Assembly (NCBI GenBank): GCA_965223335.1
Contig: OZ244991.1
Location: forward strand, 2,464,001 to 2,528,000
Length of the DNA stretch: 64,000 bases
Direction: 5' to 3'
Origin: Thermodesulfobacteriota bacterium
Lineage (GTDB): Bacteria > Desulfobacterota_D > UBA1144 > Nemesobacterales > UBA2774
Shown one piece after another: positions 29,789-38,081 of the stretch. Position 1 is the stretch's first letter; each line of letters starts with the position of its first letter. Under the pieces are notes generated by a model. It was not told the origin of the DNA. It was given only the letters and a program-made list of their open reading frames with translations, and did no database searches. The position numbers and the translations under genes are program-made.

Positions 29789-29871
29789 CAGTTTGCATCG
29801 CGGTTTTTTTATTCTATAGTGTAATTTATGGCAAAAGTCATGTTAACAAACACAGTGTCGGAGGCCGTGCT

Positions 29872-30396
29872 ATGAACAGACTGCTTACCATAGCGGTTTT
29901 ATCATTTTGTTTTCTTGCTATGTCCCCCGTGCAGGGGATTGCAAACAAAACCGACTTAAACGGTTTTGAACAAGCCCGTTGGGGTATGACGCGAATCCAA
30001 GTCATGGAAGTGTTCGGCGATAAAATCACCCAGCGCGAACGCAAGCAGGACTCGAAAGAGAACCTCTACACCGATCTGGAGCTAAGCAGCATCAAAATCC
30101 AAGGCGAGGATTTTCGTGCAAGCCTTTGGATGGACACAGAAACCAACACATTAAAACAGGTAGTACTGGTGCCGAGCGACCGCGACTCCAACACCACAGC
30201 CGACTCGTTTATAAAAATCGAGGAGTCCCTGCGAAAACAGTTCGGGGCCCCATCACACTCCGAAACCACCAATGACCCCGCCACATATGCCGAGCGTGTA
30301 TGGCGACTGCCCTCCACAGTGATCGAGATGTCGTACATCAGCATGAAGCAAAACGAGCTGTTTATACTCGTGTATTCTCAAAATAGCGCCCGGTAA
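29872..30396 (+). CDS. Exported protein, divergent FxxxxWGM family
   Basis: GGAGG RBS before ATG 29872; GFEQARWGMTRIQV. Confidence 0.75.
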   Translation: MNRLLTIAVLSFCFLAMSPVQGIANKTDLNGFEQARWGMTRIQVMEVFGDKITQRERKQDSKENLYTDLELSSIKIQGEDFRASLWMDTETNTLKQVVLVPSDRDSNTTADSFIKIEESLRKQFGAPSHSETTNDPATYAERVWRLPSTVIEMSYISMKQNELFILVYSQNSAR

Positions 30397-30508
30397 AAAC
30401 CCCGGGACTAAGGGTTTATGAAGATTTGGACAACTCATTAATCCCTTGAATTCAGATGATTATCCTCTATAGTTAATTGTTGTTTGCCAGCCCCCAGGGA
30501 GCCAATCT

Positions 30509-31213
30509 ATGCCAATAGGACGTGAATTAATGACCAAATTTGCCTACATTGCAATGCTATCTTTTGCACTACTGCTGCCTAGTGTTGTAAACGCTGAGAG
30601 CGTTAAATCAGACAAGGCCCAAAACCCCGGCAACCCCTATGCTTGGAACCAAAACGACTTCCGCGGCTCTAAGTGGGGCGACAGCATCAAGGACGTCAAA
30701 GACGCCGAAAAAGCACCCGTATGGCAAGAGAGAGAACTCGAGGACAACAAGCACTACATCCTATACTACGGCAAGCTCAACAACATGGAGATGCAGGTCG
30801 GCTATATATTTCAAGACCGTAAACTCGAGCGGGCCGGCTATTTTCTTAACGAAAAGTTCATCAACAGCGCTTCGTATATATCGGCCTACAAAAAATTAAA
30901 AAAAGAGCTCGAAGCTACCTATGGTCCCCCAGCCACAGACGAGGTCATTTGGACCGAGGGAGTAGACAGCAAACAGTACGAGGGCAACCCCCAAAAAATT
31001 GCCGATGCCGCATGCGAGGGCAAGGTCGTACATTTTGTTGTGTGGAACACCGAGGGCTCCCAAATCAAGCTCTCTACACACGGTGAAAATAATGCGTGCA
31101 AGCTGGGGCTCATTTTTACCAGCAATGAACTCATGATGAAAGAGTCGCTCGGCATCCAGCTCACACCAAACGAGGCCACATCCGGGCCCGACCAGCCTGT
31201 ACCCGCCGAATAG
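30509..31213 (+). CDS. Exported protein, FRxxxWG family (start may be 30530)
   Basis: DFRGSKWGDSIKDVKDAE, VGYIF...LERAGY, ACEGK. Confidence 0.8.
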   Translation: MPIGRELMTKFAYIAMLSFALLLPSVVNAESVKSDKAQNPGNPYAWNQNDFRGSKWGDSIKDVKDAEKAPVWQERELEDNKHYILYYGKLNNMEMQVGYIFQDRKLERAGYFLNEKFINSASYISAYKKLKKELEATYGPPATDEVIWTEGVDSKQYEGNPQKIADAACEGKVVHFVVWNTEGSQIKLSTHGENNACKLGLIFTSNELMMKESLGIQLTPNEATSGPDQPVPAE

Positions 31214-31373
31214 TCCTATTTGCAGGCTCATCTGCCTTAACCCACCAATATGCAACTATCTATAGGGGATAGGCCCACCTCCTAAAGAATTTTCTAATAA
31301 AACATAAAGTACTATTTTCATTTTGTTTAAAAAGGTATATAATATGTACAACTTTCTTGGTCGGAGGTGGGTG

Positions 31374-31745
31374 ATGAGCCTTATTAGGTATTTTGGAAGG
31401 TGTGTATTAACTTTAGCTGTGCTTACTATAATGGTTTCAGCCGCTTACGCTGGGCCAACCATAGTATACGTAGAGGCTAAGGGCGAGCAACCGGAACTGG
31501 AAGAGTACAGAGAGGTAAAATACATAGGCGGCAAGAGCACGCGCCATTTCACACTGGCATGGCAGTTTGATTTCAACGAAATCAATTACAAAGAGCAGTG
31601 CACCCAAGCGCTTTCGCGCCAGGCCAGCAACTTCGGTGCAAACGGCATACTCAATATGACATGGGAGCTCGAGACCTCCCCCTACCCGCCTTACAGCTGG
31701 TACACCATCGTCTGCCAGGGCCTAGCGGTCAGAGTACCGAGCTAA
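31374..31745 (+). CDS. Exported YbjQ-like (heavy-metal-binding fold) protein
   Basis: GGAGGT RBS; ALSRQASNFGANGILNM...CQGLAVRV. Confidence 0.6.
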   Translation: MSLIRYFGRCVLTLAVLTIMVSAAYAGPTIVYVEAKGEQPELEEYREVKYIGGKSTRHFTLAWQFDFNEINYKEQCTQALSRQASNFGANGILNMTWELETSPYPPYSWYTIVCQGLAVRVPS

Positions 31746-31908
31746 GCACCGGCAGACACGATATATTTGCTAGTCGGCTATCACCCAAGCACCCTCGACT
31801 GGTGTTATGCAGTCTTTTTGAAATTCGTTACTTGAACTGATTGGTTTATCATTCGGTGTGGCACCACCCTAGAGCATTACCACAGCCCCGGTATAATTCC
31901 CTACCTAA

Positions 31909-32364
31909 ATGGCACTTAAATTCGCACACATAAATTTGATATCGACCGACTGGCGGAGCCTCGCAGAGTTTTACGAGAAAGTATTCGGATGCACCAGGCT
32001 AGACGTAGAGATAGACCTGGGGGGCGAGTGGCTCACCCGGGGCACAGGCGTGCCCGACGCCGTGCTCGAGGGCACACGCCTCGGACTCCCCGGCTCCCCC
32101 CAACTCACAATAGACATCATGCAGTACCGTTCCACCCAAGCCGACCCCTCTACATGCTCGGCGGACCAAAAGGGGCTTAGACACATAGCGTTTGAGTTCG
32201 ATAGCGTCGACGAGCTCAAGCAATGCTATGAAAGGGTACTTAGCTCGGGAGGAAGCACGCTCGGGGAGATCACCTCACGCAGGATCGAGGATCTGGGAGA
32301 GGTCACATTCGTATACACCCTAGACCCCGAGGGCAACATCGTAGAACTCATCCACTGGCATTAG
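31909..32364 (+). CDS. VOC / glyoxalase family protein
   Basis: FAHINL...AEFYEKVFG, GLRHIAF, DPEGNIVEL. Confidence 0.92.
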   Translation: MALKFAHINLISTDWRSLAEFYEKVFGCTRLDVEIDLGGEWLTRGTGVPDAVLEGTRLGLPGSPQLTIDIMQYRSTQADPSTCSADQKGLRHIAFEFDSVDELKQCYERVLSSGGSTLGEITSRRIEDLGEVTFVYTLDPEGNIVELIHWH

Positions 32365-32380
32365 TCCCCGCGACCCCAAT

Positions 32381-32871
32381 TTGTCCCTACCTGCCGTTCG
32401 CGATAAAACTACTCACTGGCGGTCCCCATCTCCTCATTTATACCCTGTCGGTCGCAAAAGACCGCTTCCTTGCGGTCCCCATCTCTTTTGTCTTTAGCCT
32501 TTCCCTTATGGTGTCGTAGACACTAGTTCCGACATTCAGGCACTGAACCTGTACTCGTACGACATTTCCTTTCGCCTTTACACCATGGGATCATAAATCC
32601 CAGTCCGACATTACGGCAATGGCGTATAGAAAATAATATTGAGAGGCGTTAAAAATGGATTTCGGGGCCGGGGTGGGATTATCCTCCCACGACCCCATCC
32701 TATCCCTCCCTGCCGCTCATACACTACATTCGCTGGCGGTCCCCATTGGCACTCACCCAACGGTACTCCCTAAAAACGGGGTCTGTGACCCCTGATTTTT
32801 GCATACTTTTGATCAAGCAAAAGTATGAAGTAAATAGGTAGTTAAGTATCGGTCTACTAGTATAATATCCC
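32381..32871 (+). repeat. Mosaic repeat cluster: GGTCCCCAT units, truncated element G1 (32481-32538), interrupted element G2 (32565-32680 plus 32793-32871), GGTACT module
   Basis: TGGTGTC-GTA-GACACTA; CCGACATTACGGCAATGGCGTATAGAAAATAA as in copy A; CATACTTTTG/CAAAAGTATG. Confidence 0.85.
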
Positions 32872-33030
32872 TAAGGTTGATGTAGTTCCATCATTTTTTG
32901 CTGAATGGAGCGTCTACGAATTCATCTCCCCGTAATACAATCAGTGTTATAATTATATGACAAAGGACTAGTTAGATATGTAGATAAATACCGGTTCTCT
33001 TTCATAAAAAACACTAGGAAGGATGATGAA

Positions 33031-35106
33031 ATGAGAGATACAGTCAACAATTTCTCCATATTTATTCTACTAATAATCGGATTGAGTTTTATAGCAACCA
33101 CTACTGCTATGGCGCAGTCCACGCGCACAATTACTATTAACAACAACTGCAGCGATACTATCCACGTGGGCGCATTCCCAAGTGTAACATCCGTATTGGT
33201 GGGCCCGACGGCTGTCACTACGCTTGGCGGATGGACAATGGCATCGGGCGACACTGCCACTGTTACAGTGCCCAACAACTGGAACAGCGGGCGCTTCTGG
33301 GCGCGCACAGGGTGCAATTTTGCTACCGGCACCACCCCTGTGATCTGTCCCACACCCGGCCCTGGCAACACCCCTCCGGCTAACTGCTGCGACACGGGGG
33401 GATGTTTTAACTCGGACAATAATTATGGGCTTAACTGTGCACAAAGCGGTGGCCCGCCCGCCACACTGGCCGAGTTCACTTTTACTCCGGGAGCCCAAGA
33501 CAACTACGACGTCAGCATGGTAGACGGCGGTAATATCTCTGTGGATATCCTGCCCGATCCCTCCACCTACGACTGCTCCACAGACCAAAACTGCATATTC
33601 ACGGGCACTCTGCCCAACGGCAAAACTACATGCACGCAGGACTCGGACTGCTGGGCGCTTTTTGGGTTCGGTTACCAGTTCAAATGCGACACCACACTGC
33701 AACAGTGCGTTAACCCCTACAGGTGCGGGAGCCCCGGATGCTCCGACACCAACGGGTGCGCCCCTGACGGCATCACCCAGTCCCTGCTAGCGGGCTGCAC
33801 ATGGGACTCGGGTTCAGACTCAGTGCTCGCAATCCCCAAAAGCACCTGCCCCACCGAGCTCCAGTTCACCGACACACAGAACCAGGGCTCGACATACGTG
33901 GGATGCATTGCACCGCAAAAATTCTGCAGGACCGCCTGCACATCCAACGCCCAGTGCCCTGCTCCATTTACCTGCGGCACTACCTCTGGGTTCTGCGAGC
34001 GCTCAAACGGCGATATTTTAGGCGCCGACTGCGACACCGCATCTATACCCTGCAGTTCCAACAGCGACTGTGTCAGCCCCGCCACATGTGTAAACAATGT
34101 GTGTACAGGCGGCTCGGCTACAACCTACCAAGACCTATGGCAGTGCACCGGCACAAACGCAGGTTCGTGCTTTACCACTGGCTCCACCGACCCCAACTGC
34201 TGTGGCTGCCCTTCGTGGGCCCCCGGGTTCCCCACAGGCGCATGTGTTGCGGGCAATAACCCCGAGTGGCACACTGTGGCAGAACCCATCTGGGAAGTGT
34301 TCAACGACGCATGCGACTCTGCCTACTCATTCCCCTATGACGACACTATCAAACTGTTTACATGCATAGGATCCGGCGGCGGCGTGGTTAATTACACAGT
34401 GAATTTCTGCTGCGTTAATGCAGACGGCGACTCGCTTTGCAACGACGACGATGCAGACGGCGACAACGACGGCATCCCCAACGATACCGAGACGATCAGC
34501 TCAATTGTTTCAATGAACCTGGCCTCTTCGAGACAGGGCCCGCCCACAAACGATTTTGATAACGATAATATTCTAAACCACCTGGATCTGGACTCGGATG
34601 GTGACGGCATCCCCGACCACACCGAGTGTAACGGCAGCAACGACCAGAACCGTGACGGGGTATCCGATAACTTCTTCGACACTGACTCTGACGGCCACCA
34701 CGATCTGCACGACCCCGACCAGCAGGGGCTCGTACTGATCTGTGTTGATACCGACGGCGACGGCAACCCCGACTACCTGGACCACGACTCTGACGACGAT
34801 GGTAAAACTGACGCCAATGAGGCTGGTGGGACAGACCAGAACCAAGACGGCATATTGGACAATGCCAGCGACCGCAACCACGATGGGCTCGCGGACAGTG
34901 TAGAGCCCGATGAGGGCGGCACACCACTGCCGGTGCCCGACTCGGATGGGGACGGCACGGCTGATTTTAGAGACGCCGATTCCGGCACAGGAAACAACGG
35001 GTGCGCAATTGCATCACCTCAGACCGGCTTCTTACCGAACGCGCTTTATTTGATTATCCCTGCGCTAATATTGTGGAGACGGCTACTCAGAGAAGACCGC
35101 TCTTAG
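33031..35106 (+). CDS. Thaumatin-like (PR-5) domain protein with Cys-rich insert, TSP3-like Asp repeats and C-terminal sorting signal
   Basis: ITINNNC, SGRFWARTGC, CDTGGC, PPATLAEFT, DNYDVSMVDG, AYSFPYDD..FTC..NYTVNFC; DxDGDGIPD repeats; NGCAIA-TM-WRR tail. Confidence 0.88.
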   Translation: MRDTVNNFSIFILLIIGLSFIATTTAMAQSTRTITINNNCSDTIHVGAFPSVTSVLVGPTAVTTLGGWTMASGDTATVTVPNNWNSGRFWARTGCNFATGTTPVICPTPGPGNTPPANCCDTGGCFNSDNNYGLNCAQSGGPPATLAEFTFTPGAQDNYDVSMVDGGNISVDILPDPSTYDCSTDQNCIFTGTLPNGKTTCTQDSDCWALFGFGYQFKCDTTLQQCVNPYRCGSPGCSDTNGCAPDGITQSLLAGCTWDSGSDSVLAIPKSTCPTELQFTDTQNQGSTYVGCIAPQKFCRTACTSNAQCPAPFTCGTTSGFCERSNGDILGADCDTASIPCSSNSDCVSPATCVNNVCTGGSATTYQDLWQCTGTNAGSCFTTGSTDPNCCGCPSWAPGFPTGACVAGNNPEWHTVAEPIWEVFNDACDSAYSFPYDDTIKLFTCIGSGGGVVNYTVNFCCVNADGDSLCNDDDADGDNDGIPNDTETISSIVSMNLASSRQGPPTNDFDNDNILNHLDLDSDGDGIPDHTECNGSNDQNRDGVSDNFFDTDSDGHHDLHDPDQQGLVLICVDTDGDGNPDYLDHDSDDDGKTDANEAGGTDQNQDGILDNASDRNHDGLADSVEPDEGGTPLPVPDSDGDGTADFRDADSGTGNNGCAIASPQTGFLPNALYLIIPALILWRRLLREDRS

Positions 35107-35137
35107 TAACAGACACTATATGTGGATAGAATAGCTT

Positions 35138-35458
35138 TTAGCTAGCGTTTAACTTGGTAAGCACTTCCCTTTCTGCATCGGCCCGGTTCGTGAAATCCTG
35201 AAGCGGAGTTACCTCCCACTCCAATGCACCCCACATAGGCATCGAGCGTATAAGTCTGTCCACATCGTCGTTGGACTCGGCCTCGATAATAAACACAAAG
35301 GCCCTATCCCCTACCGGCAGCCCCCCAACAACCCTGCCCTCTTCTTCCATATCGATTAAAAATTTGAATGTTGGCAGTACCACGTCTTCCAGGACCTGTG
35401 CCTCTTCCTCAGGCGAGAAAAACCCCGGCCCCTCGGTTCCCATTACCAAATATTTCAT
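35138..35458 (-). CDS. Muconolactone isomerase-like / DUF3303-like small protein
   Basis: GGLPVGDRAFVFIIEAESNDDVDRLIRSMPMW...WEVTPL. Confidence 0.7.
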   Translation of the reverse strand: MKYLVMGTEGPGFFSPEEEAQVLEDVVLPTFKFLIDMEEEGRVVGGLPVGDRAFVFIIEAESNDDVDRLIRSMPMWGALEWEVTPLQDFTNRADAEREVLTKLNAS

Positions 35459-35520
35459 AACTCCCTCCGCTATTGTTCAAGATCGTACAAGACTATACAA
35501 TACAATGATAATTTGTCACC

Positions 35521-35845
35521 AAATCTTTGGTATTTTGCCTTTATTCAAATGGGATCAAAGATCCCACTCCCGACATCAGGGATATAGCGTAAAGAAAACA
35601 GGGTAGCGCGGAGTTAAAATTGATTTTCGGGGTCGAGGCGGGATCAAAATCAATAGCCTGCGCTGACATGTTTTTAGCGTATATCTCGTTAGTCGGTGAC
35701 TTTTGCATACTTTTTGTCACTAAAAAGTATGAAAGTAATAGGATAGAATGTGTCGTCAGATAATCCTGAACACCTTAAATCTACAAACTCATTGTAATAT
35801 GATTTGTATTGTGTTGTTAAGCGGTGCGAGCCGTGTCCACGCCCC
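35521..35845 (+). repeat. Structured element copy H (complete, close to copy C) with extended 3' module
   Basis: TGGGATC-AAA-GATCCCA; CCGAC(35570)...GTCGG(35696); CATACTTTTT/AAAAAGTATG; TTAAGCGGTGCGAGCCG tail at 35817. Confidence 0.9.
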
Positions 35846-35888
35846 TGGACTATGCCCCCATTGCGATCTACAATAGTCCCTATCAGCG

Positions 35889-36242
35889 ATGAGTAATCCC
35901 AAGACCAACAAGCCCGGCCGGTGCCCCGCACACCATCGCCCTTCATGTGCACTATGTGGTAAGTGCAGCCACTGCGAGTTGAGTATAGATGCTGCGGGGC
36001 GGCGAACCCAGACTTTTTACAAGCTGCTCAAAAACAACTACTGCCCACAGTGCAGCCGCAAGCTACTAGACAACGGCTACGTGTGGTCCGATTATTACAA
36101 TGATTATGTGCTCCAGGCTGGTGCACCCGAGCCCACAGACGAGCTCCGCGATATACGCAGCAAAAAACAACCCGTCCAGCTCAACATGTTTGAGCCCCGT
36201 AACAAGCCCCCGTCCACAAAATCCCGCAGAAAGCGCAATTAG
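35889..36242 (+). CDS. Cys-rich hypothetical protein
   Basis: CALCGKCSHC and CPQC; QLNMF; basic tail. Confidence 0.5.
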   Translation: MSNPKTNKPGRCPAHHRPSCALCGKCSHCELSIDAAGRRTQTFYKLLKNNYCPQCSRKLLDNGYVWSDYYNDYVLQAGAPEPTDELRDIRSKKQPVQLNMFEPRNKPPSTKSRRKRN

Positions 36243-36245
36243 TAA

Positions 36246-37871
36246 TTAACGGTCTGCGAGCTTTCTACGTCTCCATACCCTCACCGCCATCACGATCAAC
36301 GGCAGCAACAGATAGACAGGCACTCCGGGCCTCGCACCGGGGGCGGCCAGCGCACACCCGTTGTCATCGGTAGTGATAATAACTACCCTGTTAGTAAACA
36401 TCTGCGCCAAAGTGGTAACGATAGCGTCTACGTTAAAGTTGAGGTTCTCGTTAGGTGTCCTAAAGAACACTATTACCGTTACAGTCTGTCCCTCGATAAT
36501 ATCACCCAAGAAGCAGCTCACCGATGCACCCACAGTACAGCTCCCCTGTGTGGTCTGCGCATTCAATGCCACTAGCGGCGGCGAGAACTCGACATCAAAC
36601 ATCACGTCCTGCGCATCTGCCTTTGCCACTGTTAGTGGCGGTGCCTCGGGATCGGAACTCGCGACGGTCACCAGGTTGGGCTCCACTGTAATCGCATATT
36701 CAATCTGGAATTGTTGATCTCTCTCTATCTCTCTTCGGGCACTCCCCGATTCGATCACAACGCTAACAACCGGGTTCACAAGAGTATTTGTGGTCACTTC
36801 TCTCTCTATGTTGCCGGGGTTGGCCGTCATAGTAGCCGTATTCGACACTATTACAGGCACATCATCAAAAACAGTCGGGTCCGGAATCACAACAATAGTA
36901 ATCACAACCTCTTCGCTGGGCACCATAGTCGCAATAGTACAGGCCCCCTCTACAGGCGGCCCGGTATTAAACAGACAGTTAACCCCCTGTTTATCGGCCG
37001 ATATCTCGATCGGTATCAATCCCGGGGCCAGCACATCGCTCACCATAACATCGGTCGCCGTTTCGCTCGTATTGTTGTTGATAGTCAATCTATACTCAAG
37101 CTCGTTTCCCGCAACCACAGGGTCGGGCGAATCGGACTTTGTGATCTCGAGCCCCTCGAGCGTGCTTGTGTTTGTAAACGTACATGTGATATCCTCGTCC
37201 GGGTCCAGGTCTATTATCGCAGTCCTGGTGATTACGTTTGTCCCCGATCCCATATCGTCACACACTATATCGGTAAGTTCAAAGCCGCCCGGGGTCGCGT
37301 CGGGGTTAAGCTCTATCACGTCATATGATCCTGCCGGAATGTTATTGAATGTGCGCGACTCACCGTCGTCAAGCGTAAAATCGACAGGGCCTCCGGGGAT
37401 ATTATTGGTAAACTCAAAGCCCGTTGCACCGGGGGGCACACTCTCTTTTTCTATCGTTATCGTCCCGTTCCCCGAATTTGTAAATGTACATGTAACATCG
37501 TCGTTGTCCTTTAGGTCCACTACTACGGTCTCCGTAGCCAGGCTAACGTTGAATGTACTTCCATTCCCTCCAACTACAACACAGTCTATATCCGTTAAAT
37601 CGAACCCGCTTGGTATGTTAATCTCCTTAAGAGTGAATACAGACGGTGCCACAACAAACCCAGCCGACTGTCCGTCATCGAGCATTACAGTGGTGGTTAA
37701 AACCACTGGGTTGGATGTTATATCGATCTCAAACCCCCCGAACCCTGCCGGATCGGTATCCTTTGAGATCACAAGTGTGCCAGTCGCAAACGCATCTTGG
37801 CACAAAATCAAACTGCCCAAAACTACAAAAATTGCAATGAGTATGGAATGGTATCGTCCCCTAAGGTTCAT
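36246..37871 (-). CDS. Surface protein with prealbumin/SpaA-like Ig repeats, DUF11 domain and C-terminal sorting signal
   Basis: Repeated TCTFTN; LEITKSDSPDPVVAGNELEY; NGCALA-TM-WRRRK tail. Confidence 0.85.
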   Translation of the reverse strand: MNLRGRYHSILIAIFVVLGSLILCQDAFATGTLVISKDTDPAGFGGFEIDITSNPVVLTTTVMLDDGQSAGFVVAPSVFTLKEINIPSGFDLTDIDCVVVGGNGSTFNVSLATETVVVDLKDNDDVTCTFTNSGNGTITIEKESVPPGATGFEFTNNIPGGPVDFTLDDGESRTFNNIPAGSYDVIELNPDATPGGFELTDIVCDDMGSGTNVITRTAIIDLDPDEDITCTFTNTSTLEGLEITKSDSPDPVVAGNELEYRLTINNNTSETATDVMVSDVLAPGLIPIEISADKQGVNCLFNTGPPVEGACTIATMVPSEEVVITIVVIPDPTVFDDVPVIVSNTATMTANPGNIEREVTTNTLVNPVVSVVIESGSARREIERDQQFQIEYAITVEPNLVTVASSDPEAPPLTVAKADAQDVMFDVEFSPPLVALNAQTTQGSCTVGASVSCFLGDIIEGQTVTVIVFFRTPNENLNFNVDAIVTTLAQMFTNRVVIITTDDNGCALAAPGARPGVPVYLLLPLIVMAVRVWRRRKLADR

Positions 37872-38081
37872 CCCGAGCCTCCTTTAATCCTGCTATATTT
37901 TTTATTATATAATAAATTAGTAGTTGATATCAATAACCCATCAATTACCCCGGTTACATAACCAAAATTTCATACATCTTTCACATAAGCCCTCTAAAAT
38001 GGTTTTGTGTCCGGACAAATTCTTGATATGCTATATACATAGGCGGTGGAACGACATTACTATGGCGGGGGGAAAGAATTC

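Noticed and set aside
3487..35845. Large repeat as integron attC sites
   Set aside because: No RYYYAAC/GTTRRRY complementary ends, most genes lack a copy, flanking genes point both ways, and there is no integrase.
35821..35845. GAGCCG as group II intron domain V
   Set aside because: The rest of the domain V hairpin and domain VI are missing; no RT gene.
36790..37887. 365-aa + strand ORF (and similar long antisense ORFs such as 11490-12212 and 33070-33702)
   Set aside because: Shadow frames opposite well-supported genes, with Ser/Val/Thr-biased composition and no motifs.
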